IMG/VR virus record: IMGVR_UViG_3300028048_001412
Span: 1 to 45,857 of that record
Origin: a virus
Lineage: Duplodnaviria > Heunggongvirae > Uroviricota > Caudoviricetes
Direction: 5' to 3' (one strand)
Length of the DNA: 45,857 nucleotides
Shown here: positions 9,390 through 20,176 of the stretch, one piece after another
Layout: each line of letters opens with the position of its first letter
How positions within the stretch are numbered: position 1 is the first letter of the stretch
Translations under genes and position numbers: made by a program
Notes under the pieces: generated by a model
The model's input: the letters and a program-made list of their open reading frames with translations, nothing else
Databases searched by the model: none
Told to the model about the DNA's origin: nothing

Positions 9390-12300
9390 TTATCCTTCTA
9401 CTTTTACTTGATTCACTAATTCGCCTTTTTCATTGAATGTAAACTTATAACCATTCATTTCTTTAGTTGTATTTACACACATTGAACCGAAATCATCTGA
9501 ATTTTGATTATATTCAAAGAAATATGTCTTTCCTGTAGTAGGATCAGTATAAAATCCTTTAGTCATTTGTCCATTTACTGGATTAAATCTATAGTATCTA
9601 TAAACTCCTTTATATTCTACTAATGCCCATCCAGTTAATAATTCAACTTTTCCTTCTTGATTTATACTATACATTAAATATTGATTAGTTAATGGATCTA
9701 CTTGCCATTTGAAATTAGTAGTAGATGCTTCTAAACTATTATCTAATAAATTACTTGATTTCCCATCAGATTTTATTATTTTAAATGTTCCTATTGCAAC
9801 TGGACTGTGATTGTATTTATCTGCTACTATTTCAGGTGTATCTGTTTGTACTCCCCCACCTAAAGGGTTTAATTGATTTGGAAGATTACCAGCTGGAATT
9901 CCTCCCCCACCTCCTCCTCCACCAGAACCGCCTCCTCCGCCTCTTGATGGATTATAAGGTTTTACATAAGTCCATTGAGCAATTAAAGTAATATCATGAT
10001 CAAATAAATATCTATTTCCTACTGGATAAGATGTTCCATTACTATCTTTCCATCCATTAAAACTATAACTATTTTTACTAAATGAGCATCCAGGAATTAC
10101 AGTTTGAACTCCTTCTGTAATAACCACAGGATTCATATTTCCTGAACCCCCGTTTGCATTAAATGATAACGTATAAGTAGGAACTTGTTCCCATAATGAC
10201 CAATATTCTTTAGGACCTATATCTGTAGGAGTTATTTGAGTTATTGCTGAACCTGTAAAATTAGGATTATCATACCAACCTCTGAATATATATCCATTAA
10301 ATATTATATCTGAAGATAATGTAGTAGTTTGTCCATAAGTATAATAATTTATTTCTCCACTTCTCCAAGTTGCTGTTCCTGCTGAACCTGATGTTGAACT
10401 TGTTGCTACTTCTTTATGCCAAGTTATTTGATATCTATTTACTTCCCATTTAGCATAGAAAGTTTTATCTACTGTTATATCTCTTGATACTTTAGTCCAT
10501 TTTTCACCTGTTAATTGTGAATTATCATACCATCCTCTAAATGTATGTCCTGTTTTTTGAATAGTATTATCTGCTTGTAAATTTATATCTCCATCTGCAT
10601 ATTTTCTAGTTCTATTTTTAGAAGTTGGATCTGAACCATCTACCCATGAACCTTCATTTAATTGATAATAAATATTATTTTCTATTTCAGTCCATTTAGC
10701 ATAATAAGTTAAAGTTTCAGTAGAATTCATATCTGTTACAGTATAAGGACCATTATTTAATCCAGAATCTTTAAACCATCCATCAAATCTCCAACCTATC
10801 TTTTTAATATTAGTAGATGTTGGTAAAGATTTTGCTTCATTATATAATCTATTTGCAGGTTTTGTATATCCACTTACCCATTCTCCACCATTTTCATAGA
10901 ATATTATAGGATAACTATTCATTGTGAATTTTGGATATAAATTCCATACTTTAGTTGAATTAGCAGGTAATGTTAATACAGGATTTCCACTAAATGTAGT
11001 TGATTCATACCAATCATTAAAGGTATGTCCTTCTTTTATTACTTTATTTACTGTTTCATTTTTAAGATTATATGATTCAGTAAATAATCTTGATGTTATT
11101 GGTGTAAATGATGTATCCCAATTCCATCCTGAACCTGGTGTATGATAATTAATTGCATAACTTAATTCTACCCATTTAGCAGTTAATTGTGTATTATCTG
11201 TTATATTTGTATTTTCAAAATCAAATGCTGTATTTATATCATTATAATACCAATATTCAAATTGATATCCTGTTTGAGATAAATTAGCAGGTCTTGTTGA
11301 TTTTGTTCCATTTTCTATTCTTTGTTTAACTGGTAATGTTCCTGTATATAAACCATCAGAAATAAATGTTACATCATATATTATATTCCATTTTAAATAT
11401 ATTGTTGTATCTTCATATATTTTTTGATTCCAATTATATGGCGTTGTTAATTCCGGATTCGCATAGTAACCGTGGAATATATAATTAGGATCTGTTGGAT
11501 TTGATTGTTCTGGAACTGATAATCCCCATAGACAACTTATTGTTGCTTTAGGATTTGTTATATCTATATTATTTCCATTGTTAAATGTTATTTCATATGA
11601 TTTTAATGTTGATAAATATCCTCTTGGTCCTTCTTCTTTATCTACTACTGCATATGTTTTATCTTGATATGAACTGTTATATGAGAAATTATTTTGACCT
11701 TTTAATCCAGAAGTATTATTAAACATACTATCACTATTTACAGTAGTTACATTGCTCATATTCCATAAATCAGGATCTACATATATTTTAGTTAATGCTG
11801 AATTACTATCTCCAAACATAAACTTTGTATTAGTTACATTTGAAGTATTCCAACTCATTAAATTTATAGAAGTAAACTCACTATGAATAAAAGTTCCATG
11901 CATATTAGTTACATTACTTGTATCCCAATTACTTAAATCTAATGTTATTCCTGCTTTAGAAGAACCAAACATATACTCCAATGAAACAGCTTCTGAAGTA
12001 TCTATTTTGTCTAATCCTTCAAAATTAATAAAATTAGGTCCGTTAGAATTGCTTGCTTGACCAAAAAAGTTAGTATAATTAGGTATTTTTACAGGTGCCA
12101 CTACTATTGCTTTACTTGTATTTTGTCTAATTCCATTTGGATTAGTTGTCGCATTATAAAATTGTAATGCAGCTCCTGTTTTAGTAGCCCAGTGATCTGA
12201 ATAATTAGTATTTACATTATAATGATATCTATAAATTACTCCTAAATCTGAACCTACATATTCTTCATTGGAAATGTATACATTATTAGTATCGCCTACT

Positions 12301-15260
12301 TTTGTATACATATAAGCATCATACCATTGTTTACTAACATCCCAATCATCATTTTCTAATACTTGAACAGTAGTAGTTGTTTGTTTTCCATCCCATGTAA
12401 TAGTTACTATATTATTTCCTACTGTTGTAAATGGAGTAGTTGTACTTGGATTAAATGAAAATTCATTAGCATTTTCAGTAGTATATGTCAATTCTCCATC
12501 AGACCCATCTGTATAATTTAATTTTAAGATAAGTCCTTGAGGTTTATATGCTTCATTTCTACTTTTTATATATTTTCTTTTATTTTGTGGAACTTTTACT
12601 TCTATTGTATCTACTACTACCATTTCTATAGGTGTAGTTAAAGGCCATTGTCTTGAATCTTCATCAGTATATATTATATTTATATCAGTTATTCCAGGAG
12701 TTAATTGAGTATCAGTATTTGGATTAAATTCAAATCTTCCAGGTCTTGTATTATAAGAAATTAATTTAACAGTTCCATCTGAATAATTTTCATTTACTTG
12801 TAATCCTGCAGGTTTAAATTTCTCACCTGTTCTATATTTATAAACCGCTGATCTAGTTGCCAATGTTACAGAAGATAATTCATATACACATACTTGATAT
12901 GTTGGAGTTCCCTCTGATGAATTTAATACTTGTCTACCTAAATAAGTAACATTTATATTAAAATCATTATTTACTGTATTCAATACCGATTCACTTGCTA
13001 CAGTTCCATTAAATCTAAAATTAGTAGGTTCATTATTATATGCTACTGTTGTTGAATATTCCTCATCTCCTACATATTTTAATTTAATTCTTAATCCTGA
13101 AGGATTTAATTTCTCACCTTTTTTATATTTTCTTAATGATTCTCCGGGTAAATTATCAACTTTTATTTTATCTATATTTTTAACAGTTATATTAAAATTA
13201 ACTGTTTTAGTATCATAATTTTTATATTTAATAGTTACATATGTTTGATCTGTTAAATTCCAATTACTTGGTAGGTTAGTAAATTGAAAATCAGATTCAT
13301 TATCTGCATAAGTTACTATATCATATAATGGAGATATTGTATAATTTAATTTTATTGATAAATTAGTTGGATCAAATGTATCTCCAAATTTATATGAATT
13401 TTTCGTTGGAACTTGTGATATTTCTATTGTATTTACTTCTAATTCACATGTAAAATATCCAGGAGTTGTAGTTGTATCTATTCTTGCATATTCTTTATCT
13501 ACATGAGTATTACTATATTGTGTATGAGCTCCACCTTCCAATTTAGTACAACCTACGAACATATTATCACCGGTTGTAGAATTTTCAAATGTAAATGTAT
13601 TTCCTACTTCTATAGTTACTAATTCTGAACAATTAGTAAACATATTTGATATATCTGTTGCATTTGTTGTATTAAATCTTTGTATATCTAATGCCGTTAT
13701 TGATGATAATCCTTCAAACATTCCATTGAATTTAGTTACATTTGAAGTATTAAAATTATCTCCAAAATTAATAGCTGTTATTTCAGAACATCCTTGGAAC
13801 ATACATTGCATATCAGTTACATTTGATGTATTCCAATTATTTCCTAAGATAATTGTTGATATTCCTTGACAATTATTAAACATATATGCCATATTAGTTA
13901 CATTAGATGTATCCCAATTAGTTATAAGACTAAAATTACTAAAAGCTCTACAATTTCTAAAAGCATATGACATATCAGTTACATTAGAAACATTTAAATT
14001 ATGTAAATTTTGTATATCTATTAATTCACACCCATCAAATAAATGAGATATATTTTCAATGCTAGTTCCAAAATTAAATATACATATATCTAATGATGTT
14101 AAAGAAGCATCACTTTTAAACATATTAGATATGTTAGTTACATCAGAACCATTTAAATGAATATTATTATCAATATTTATTGATAATAATGAACCAAATT
14201 CACTAAACATATTAGAACAATCTTCAAGAAGTTCAATATTTTTAGTAGAAGAACGATCGCCAACTACAAATATATCTATATCTGTTCCGTCTACTTCATA
14301 ATATAATCCTGTATCATAATCAGAATCTTTTAAAGGTTTTATATCCACATCTCCGTCTATATCACTTTGAGATTGTTGAGATATATTTATTGTTGTTACT
14401 GCACCTCTATTTACACCTGTTATATAATCAAACCAATTATTAGGTAATTCTGGATTTGCAGGAGAAGCACCAAATAAAGGACTTCCAAATAACATAACAG
14501 GTTCTATTTCTACTAATTCTATTTCTGAAGTAGTAGCAATTTCATCTTCTGTCTTTTTATTATTTTCTTCAGGCTCTTCTTTATTAGTATTTATATTATC
14601 TTCTTCATCTATATCTGATTTAGTTGCTATATTATTTTCTTGTTCATTATCATTAGATTTTTTAATATCTAAATTATCATCTTCTGGCTCTTCTTGATTA
14701 GAATTAGAAGTAATATTATCTTCTTCCTCAGCTTCAGAATTAGTAGCAATATCTCCTTTATTTTTATTATATTCTAATTGCTCTTTTTCTTGTTCTTCTT
14801 TATCATTAGAACCTTTTAAATTATTGGTATTATCGTTTTCAGAAGATGAATCTTCACTTTTATCACTTTCATTATTTTCAGGTTTTTCATCTTCTTCTGG
14901 TTCATCTTCATAATCTTTTTTATCTTCAGGTTCATTGTCATTTAAATTATCAGAAGGAGAAATTGAATCATCTTTATCCTCTTTATGTTCATCTAATTCT
15001 TCTTTTTGTTGATTATCAGAATCTTCAGAATTATTAGAAGAATTTTCTCCTTCCTCATTATTTTGCTCTTCTTGTTTTTCTTCAGAATCAGAGTTATTAT
15101 TTTTTTCTTTATCTTCTTCTGGTAATTGATATTCTTGATTAGTAGTTTGTTCATTAGTTAAATTATCAATTCCTTCTGCTAACGTTGTAAATCCATTAGT
15201 AGAGAAAATTAAAGAAACTAATAATAGTATTGATATTGTTTTTCTTATTTTGTAATTCAT
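9390..15260 (-). CDS. Large surface adhesin: signal peptide, acidic region, BspA/DUF285-type LRRs, bacterial Ig-like domains, InlB B-repeats, Gly linker, cell-wall-binding repeats
   Basis: Probable start MNYKIRK at 15260 (GTAGGT RBS) rather than the TTG at 15311. WDTSNVTNMxxMF repeats; Y..G..F.P.GL..L.Y.DG Ig repeats; GYxFxGWY...TxYAKW repeats; YYRFNPVNGQMTKGF...YTF-type C-terminal repeats. Confidence 0.88.
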   Translation of the reverse strand: MNYKIRKTISILLLVSLIFSTNGFTTLAEGIDNLTNEQTTNQEYQLPEEDKEKNNNSDSEEKQEEQNNEEGENSSNNSEDSDNQQKEELDEHKEDKDDSISPSDNLNDNEPEDKKDYEDEPEEDEKPENNESDKSEDSSSENDNTNNLKGSNDKEEQEKEQLEYNKNKGDIATNSEAEEEDNITSNSNQEEPEDDNLDIKKSNDNEQENNIATKSDIDEEDNINTNKEEPEENNKKTEDEIATTSEIELVEIEPVMLFGSPLFGASPANPELPNNWFDYITGVNRGAVTTINISQQSQSDIDGDVDIKPLKDSDYDTGLYYEVDGTDIDIFVVGDRSSTKNIELLEDCSNMFSEFGSLLSINIDNNIHLNGSDVTNISNMFKSDASLTSLDICIFNFGTSIENISHLFDGCELIDIQNLHNLNVSNVTDMSYAFRNCRAFSNFSLITNWDTSNVTNMAYMFNNCQGISTIILGNNWNTSNVTDMQCMFQGCSEITAINFGDNFNTSNVTKFNGMFEGLSSITALDIQRFNTTNATDISNMFTNCSELVTIEVGNTFTFENSTTGDNMFVGCTKLEGGAHTQYSNTHVDKEYARIDTTTTPGYFTCELEVNTIEISQVPTKNSYKFGDTFDPTNLSIKLNYTISPLYDIVTYADNESDFQFTNLPSNWNLTDQTYVTIKYKNYDTKTVNFNITVKNIDKIKVDNLPGESLRKYKKGEKLNPSGLRIKLKYVGDEEYSTTVAYNNEPTNFRFNGTVASESVLNTVNNDFNINVTYLGRQVLNSSEGTPTYQVCVYELSSVTLATRSAVYKYRTGEKFKPAGLQVNENYSDGTVKLISYNTRPGRFEFNPNTDTQLTPGITDINIIYTDEDSRQWPLTTPIEMVVVDTIEVKVPQNKRKYIKSRNEAYKPQGLILKLNYTDGSDGELTYTTENANEFSFNPSTTTPFTTVGNNIVTITWDGKQTTTTVQVLENDDWDVSKQWYDAYMYTKVGDTNNVYISNEEYVGSDLGVIYRYHYNVNTNYSDHWATKTGAALQFYNATTNPNGIRQNTSKAIVVAPVKIPNYTNFFGQASNSNGPNFINFEGLDKIDTSEAVSLEYMFGSSKAGITLDLSNWDTSNVTNMHGTFIHSEFTSINLMSWNTSNVTNTKFMFGDSNSALTKIYVDPDLWNMSNVTTVNSDSMFNNTSGLKGQNNFSYNSSYQDKTYAVVDKEEGPRGYLSTLKSYEITFNNGNNIDITNPKATISCLWGLSVPEQSNPTDPNYIFHGYYANPELTTPYNWNQKIYEDTTIYLKWNIIYDVTFISDGLYTGTLPVKQRIENGTKSTRPANLSQTGYQFEYWYYNDINTAFDFENTNITDNTQLTAKWVELSYAINYHTPGSGWNWDTSFTPITSRLFTESYNLKNETVNKVIKEGHTFNDWYESTTFSGNPVLTLPANSTKVWNLYPKFTMNSYPIIFYENGGEWVSGYTKPANRLYNEAKSLPTSTNIKKIGWRFDGWFKDSGLNNGPYTVTDMNSTETLTYYAKWTEIENNIYYQLNEGSWVDGSDPTSKNRTRKYADGDINLQADNTIQKTGHTFRGWYDNSQLTGEKWTKVSRDITVDKTFYAKWEVNRYQITWHKEVATSSTSGSAGTATWRSGEINYYTYGQTTTLSSDIIFNGYIFRGWYDNPNFTGSAITQITPTDIGPKEYWSLWEQVPTYTLSFNANGGSGNMNPVVITEGVQTVIPGCSFSKNSYSFNGWKDSNGTSYPVGNRYLFDHDITLIAQWTYVKPYNPSRGGGGGSGGGGGGGGIPAGNLPNQLNPLGGGVQTDTPEIVADKYNHSPVAIGTFKIIKSDGKSSNLLDNSLEASTTNFKWQVDPLTNQYLMYSINQEGKVELLTGWALVEYKGVYRYYRFNPVNGQMTKGFYTDPTTGKTYFFEYNQNSDDFGSMCVNTTKEMNGYKFTFNEKGELVNQVKVEG

Positions 15261-15316
15261 TAGTATTACACCTACCTTTATTTTGTGTGGAAATTGATTT
15301 TCATCTTTCAAAATTT

Positions 15317-18061
15317 TTAATTATAGTTATCCTGTACTGTTGAATTATCTATATAGAAGAATTTAGATTTTAATGCTGTATTGAAGTTCAGTTTGACAGG
15401 AACACTTAACCAATGGGGATAATCAGATGTTTCATATGCATAAGAATGAGTATAATTTGAACCATCTATATCTATTACACATAATGTTGCTATATAATCT
15501 GTTTCTCCTCTTCCTGCATTAAGTAATGATTTTACTTTTCTTTTTTCCTCATCATCATTTGAATTCATTATCTTATCTATTGTAGTTTGATATAAAGGAG
15601 AATCACAATTCCAATAAGCCAATCCTGTTCTTGGATCAATTTCTTCATCATCATTATATTTGAAGAAATCAGACATTTGAAATCTTAATGTTCTTACTTT
15701 ATCTTTTAATGCACCGGGTTTAGTTAAATTATCATCTTTTTTGCCATCATTATTATTATCTGTCCAATTTTTTAAATCCCATTGATCTACTGCTTGACCA
15801 CATAATGCAGGATCCATAACTAACCATTTTGTAGAACCATCAAAATCTAATTCATATTCAAATTGAAATTCTAATATTCCTATATCAGTAATTCCTTCAT
15901 TAAACCATCCTTTTGTTTGTCCATGGCCTGCACTATCTAAATAGCTTTTTCCTGATGGTCTTAAATTTTCTCCTCCGCATCCAAAATCAAGACAAGCTAA
16001 ATGATTTGTCAACCAACCAGACATTCTTTCCATTTGCTTCCATCTTTCATTTGGCAAACTATTTATAACATTTGCAAATAATTCATCTATATCTTGGCCT
16101 TTATCAGTTTGTTTATCTTTAATCTCACTTCTTATATCTATTGTTTTAGCATATGAAGTAGATATATTTAATAAGCATTTATCCCAAGTTCCATCTGAAT
16201 CCAATTTATTTGGGTCTGAATAATCCCATATTTTTAATAAGGCTTTATTATCTTGTCTAGTATCTATCCAAGCTTGATAAAAATGATAATCTTGATTTAT
16301 TCCTTTTATTTTTATAGAATCATTATGTTCTTCTACATCACCATATCTATTTACTAAATTATATTTCTCATGTTTTGAATCTAGTTTGTTTCCATTTCCT
16401 CTTCCTGCTGTTCCTGTAAATGAACCAAATGAACCACAAGCACCTTTAGATTTAGAACCACCTATTATTTGTTCAGTATCATTTTCATTAGCGCCTTTAA
16501 CACATTGAGCTACTTGTTCAAATAAATGTTCTTCTCCTTGTCTATATATTCCTTCAGCCGCAACTAATTGCAATCTCGCGTGTCCTAAATTCTTTTCTAT
16601 TTCCCCATACATTTGTTGAGCACAATGATAAGCCGCTATTCCTGCAAATGGATATTGTTGACATTGTTGTTCTCCCCATGTATCTGAGCCTGCATCATCA
16701 TCGCATCCGCAATAACACCAAACACTTCTTCCTTCTTTTTCACTAGTAGAATTTGAAATAGTAAGAATTTCTTTATAATTATAAAGAGGTATAAATCCAG
16801 TAACTGCAAATCTTAATTTATCTGCTTTATTTGAAGTATCAGATGCTTTAACAAATACTGTAGAACCACCATTAACTACACAATTTCTATCTCCACCATT
16901 AGCATCTAATATTCCTGTTCTATCTAATCCTTCCATTGTAGATGACCAACCATCCCATTGACTATCTATATCTAATGTAAATTGTTTATCTGTTTTATCT
17001 CCTCCTATATTTGTTGCTGTATATACTATCAATGGATTTGTTATCCTTGATGGAGCAGATATACAATAAACATCTTCCCATTTATTAGGTTTAGTCCAAT
17101 CTACATATTTCATTTTGAAATATGGCCATAAATAATTTCCTAAATCAAATTGACATATACTTAAACTTACATTATTATATAAGGCACTTACATTTTCTCC
17201 AGAAGACATATTTTGATCTTGTTCATCTTCTCCGTATGTTCTTCCTGACTTCCATATTTTGAAAGGCTCCATAGTAGTAGTTATAGGTGAAAATATTTCT
17301 CCACCTGCTATATTTGAAGAACCATCATTTTGCCATTTCTTATTATCAGATATTGCTACACTTCCATTTTGTTCGGGACAATTATATATTCCGTCTGCAT
17401 CACACCATGCTCCGCTATCCGGAAGCCAATCCATATGAGTATTATCAACTAGTCCTTTATATGTTATATTTCCTCCTGCATAACTTCCTATAGGAGATGG
17501 ATCTATTGTTATGTTTATTGTCGCTTCACAATCAGTTTCAGAACAAGCATCTGATGAACCACATTTAAAATGATTTCCACACGTTACTTCTGGATTTTCA
17601 TAAGTACTTTCATATGAAAAAGACAATGAAGCATCTGGTTCATCAGGTTCACTTCCATTTTCTAATCCAAAATAATTTATAAATCCATGAGGTTGTTCTT
17701 CGTCTACATCATCTCCTGTCCCAAAATAAGTTCCACATGTTATATGATTTCCTGACATAGTCCATGTTCCATAAGCACCTTTTTGTTTTCCTACTTCATT
17801 AAATGCCATGTGCAACATCATACATCCTGAAGTATTTACTGTAGATGGCCATTGACCAGTTCTAGGAACATAAAAATAAGTTTGTAATCCATTCTTATCA
17901 TTTCCATTATTAGTTGCTGGTTTAGCATTTTTCGCTTTGGGGTCTCTTCCAGAAGCCCATTTAACAGTTTCAGTTATTGCCCAAGCATTATTAGAAAAGA
18001 TTAAACAAAATATTAAATTAAGTATAAATATTTTTTTTATTGCATTTTTAAATTTTTTCAT
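15317..18061 (-). CDS. Large secreted Cys/Gly-rich protein of unknown function
   Basis: 914-aa ORF with a Sec signal peptide (…LIFSNNAWA). Many Cys. Translationally coupled to the upstream lipoprotein. Confidence 0.8.
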   Translation of the reverse strand: MKKFKNAIKKIFILNLIFCLIFSNNAWAITETVKWASGRDPKAKNAKPATNNGNDKNGLQTYFYVPRTGQWPSTVNTSGCMMLHMAFNEVGKQKGAYGTWTMSGNHITCGTYFGTGDDVDEEQPHGFINYFGLENGSEPDEPDASLSFSYESTYENPEVTCGNHFKCGSSDACSETDCEATINITIDPSPIGSYAGGNITYKGLVDNTHMDWLPDSGAWCDADGIYNCPEQNGSVAISDNKKWQNDGSSNIAGGEIFSPITTTMEPFKIWKSGRTYGEDEQDQNMSSGENVSALYNNVSLSICQFDLGNYLWPYFKMKYVDWTKPNKWEDVYCISAPSRITNPLIVYTATNIGGDKTDKQFTLDIDSQWDGWSSTMEGLDRTGILDANGGDRNCVVNGGSTVFVKASDTSNKADKLRFAVTGFIPLYNYKEILTISNSTSEKEGRSVWCYCGCDDDAGSDTWGEQQCQQYPFAGIAAYHCAQQMYGEIEKNLGHARLQLVAAEGIYRQGEEHLFEQVAQCVKGANENDTEQIIGGSKSKGACGSFGSFTGTAGRGNGNKLDSKHEKYNLVNRYGDVEEHNDSIKIKGINQDYHFYQAWIDTRQDNKALLKIWDYSDPNKLDSDGTWDKCLLNISTSYAKTIDIRSEIKDKQTDKGQDIDELFANVINSLPNERWKQMERMSGWLTNHLACLDFGCGGENLRPSGKSYLDSAGHGQTKGWFNEGITDIGILEFQFEYELDFDGSTKWLVMDPALCGQAVDQWDLKNWTDNNNDGKKDDNLTKPGALKDKVRTLRFQMSDFFKYNDDEEIDPRTGLAYWNCDSPLYQTTIDKIMNSNDDEEKRKVKSLLNAGRGETDYIATLCVIDIDGSNYTHSYAYETSDYPHWLSVPVKLNFNTALKSKFFYIDNSTVQDNYN

Positions 18062-19512
18062 TATTTATCCTCTTCTTTTGGCCATTTATCATCAAATAAT
18101 TTTTGTAATTCTTTTTTATATTTTTTAGTCTTATTATTTATAGTTGTTTTTATTTGTTTTCCAGCTTGAATAACACTTACATTTCCATATTTTATAATTC
18201 TTTGTTTTGCTTCCGATTTATTAGCATCGGAAGAATTAATATATTCTCTAATTTCCTTAAATACTTCTTCTGTATATTGCTCTGCTTTATCTTTATCCAT
18301 TATATGAATTACTTTAGCATAATCTCTCATAAATACATAATCAGTTTCTACTAATTCTACAAATCCTCTCTTATTTACTGGATTACTAGTAAAACTATTA
18401 TAATCTAACATGGATTCTATTTGGCCTTGATAATTTTTAGGTAAATCATCTACATATCCATCAGATCCTACTAATTCATTTAAACTTATTACATCTGGGT
18501 TAGAAGAATTTATAGTAGTGCTATAAGATTTAGCTTTTAAATATAATTCTTTAGCATAAGAGTCATCTTTTATATTTTCATCTATTAATTTTGCTTGTTG
18601 TCTATTATTTCTAGTTAATGTAAATTCATCTTCTATATCTTTTGGATTTACAAAAGATATATTTTCTCCTTTATAAAAAGATTCTATTGTTTTATCATAA
18701 TCAGAACCTTCAGGAATTAAAATATATTGTTTCAAAGGACTTCCATTTAAATTAGTTATATATTGCTTTCCATTATATTCTACAGTAGTAGAAGAAGTTC
18801 TTAATGAATTTCCATTTGCCAATTCAGTTCTATATCTATTACCATCTTTAGTATAATATACATAATAAAAACTTCCTTCTTGAGGTTCTACTGCTATAAC
18901 ATATCCATTTTCATCTATTTTTGCTATATGTTCATTTTTACCTAAATAAGGAAGAACATAATCTTTATTTAATTTAACTAATTCGCCTTTATCATTATAA
19001 AAATATCTTATATAATGATCAAATTGATTTACTTTAGAACCACCTCTTTGTTTTGATAACATTACATAACTTACTTTTCCCATTGGCGTATCATATTCAT
19101 CGACGAAACTTAAATGAGCATATTCAGGATCATCTCTATAATCTTTAGATTTTTCATAATATTGAATATTTATTTTACTTTCAGATTCATCTACGTATTC
19201 TAATGATTGAGCTGAAGGAACGGTATATTGTTTATCCTTTTGAACATAAGATTCATTAATATTTTTAGTAGGATCAATTTCTTGTGAAGTTTGTCTTACA
19301 TCACCATAAGGGTCAAATACATCATTTATATCATAAGATTTAATTTTATTTATATCTTCTTTTACTTGATTATCTAATTCAAGAATAGATTGAATTAAAG
19401 AAGGATCTTCTTCTGCAGTATCTTTAACATTAGAACAAGATGCTATTATACTACATATTATTGTAATTAATAAACATATATAAATTGTAAATAAATAACT
19501 ATTTTTTCTCAT
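18061..19512 (-). CDS. Putative lipoprotein
   Basis: Hydrophobic N-terminus with lipobox-like IIASC; 483 aa. Confidence 0.75.
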   Translation of the reverse strand: MRKNSYLFTIYICLLITIICSIIASCSNVKDTAEEDPSLIQSILELDNQVKEDINKIKSYDINDVFDPYGDVRQTSQEIDPTKNINESYVQKDKQYTVPSAQSLEYVDESESKINIQYYEKSKDYRDDPEYAHLSFVDEYDTPMGKVSYVMLSKQRGGSKVNQFDHYIRYFYNDKGELVKLNKDYVLPYLGKNEHIAKIDENGYVIAVEPQEGSFYYVYYTKDGNRYRTELANGNSLRTSSTTVEYNGKQYITNLNGSPLKQYILIPEGSDYDKTIESFYKGENISFVNPKDIEDEFTLTRNNRQQAKLIDENIKDDSYAKELYLKAKSYSTTINSSNPDVISLNELVGSDGYVDDLPKNYQGQIESMLDYNSFTSNPVNKRGFVELVETDYVFMRDYAKVIHIMDKDKAEQYTEEVFKEIREYINSSDANKSEAKQRIIKYGNVSVIQAGKQIKTTINNKTKKYKKELQKLFDDKWPKEEDK

Positions 19513-19526
19513 CTATTCTTTACCTT

Positions 19527-20147
19527 TTAATTCCACATTTTAGAAGCTAATACATAAATTACAGGTATTTCTAATCCTTCATATAAATAATTATCAAATT
19601 TATATCCTTCTTCTCCTTGTTTTCCTTTTTCACCTAGAAAATATAATTTAACTTTTGATTTATATGCTTGACCTTGTAAATAGAAAGGTTCTTTGTCTGT
19701 AAAATAATAATAATAGTGCATATCATCTACATCATATGCTTCACTCCAAGTAGAAGTTCTTGTTGCATTTGTACTTATATTTGTTATATCTGTCCATTTA
19801 AATATAATAGGTATAATTTTATCTTGTTCTTTAGTATATGCAAATTTCCAATGAGAATGTTCATAAGGAGTCAGCCTAAAGTTTTCAACTTCATCCCATA
19901 CTAAAAATCCTTCATCTTCTGAATCACTTTCATATACATCTATTATGTCATAATCATATCCTAAATCTCTAACATATTCTTCTTCTGTTAAAGGTAAAGT
20001 AATTTCTAATTGTTCTATTAATATAGGATCTTCTACTTTATTATTTAGATATTCATATAATCCATTAACTTTAGTATTATTAGAACATCCAAATAAAGAT
20101 AAAATTAAACTTGCAATTAATATTGTAGATAATTTTCGCTTAAACAT
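19527..20147 (-). CDS. Putative lipoprotein
   Basis: GAGGTG RBS; lipobox LSLFGC. Confidence 0.8.
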   Translation of the reverse strand: MFKRKLSTILIASLILSLFGCSNNTKVNGLYEYLNNKVEDPILIEQLEITLPLTEEEYVRDLGYDYDIIDVYESDSEDEGFLVWDEVENFRLTPYEHSHWKFAYTKEQDKIIPIIFKWTDITNISTNATRTSTWSEAYDVDDMHYYYYFTDKEPFYLQGQAYKSKVKLYFLGEKGKQGEEGYKFDNYLYEGLEIPVIYVLASKMWN

Positions 20148-20176
20148 ATTACTATTTCACCTCAAATTAAATATTT

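Noticed and set aside
9895-9945. GC-rich CCT/CCA repeat tract as a DNA element
   Set aside because: It encodes the poly-Gly linker of the adhesin.
15261-15311. TTG start at 15311 for the adhesin (likewise 21532 and 27214 for their ORFs)
   Set aside because: Downstream ATGs (15260, 21517, 27181) have better RBSs and give proper signal peptides or align with the tag family.
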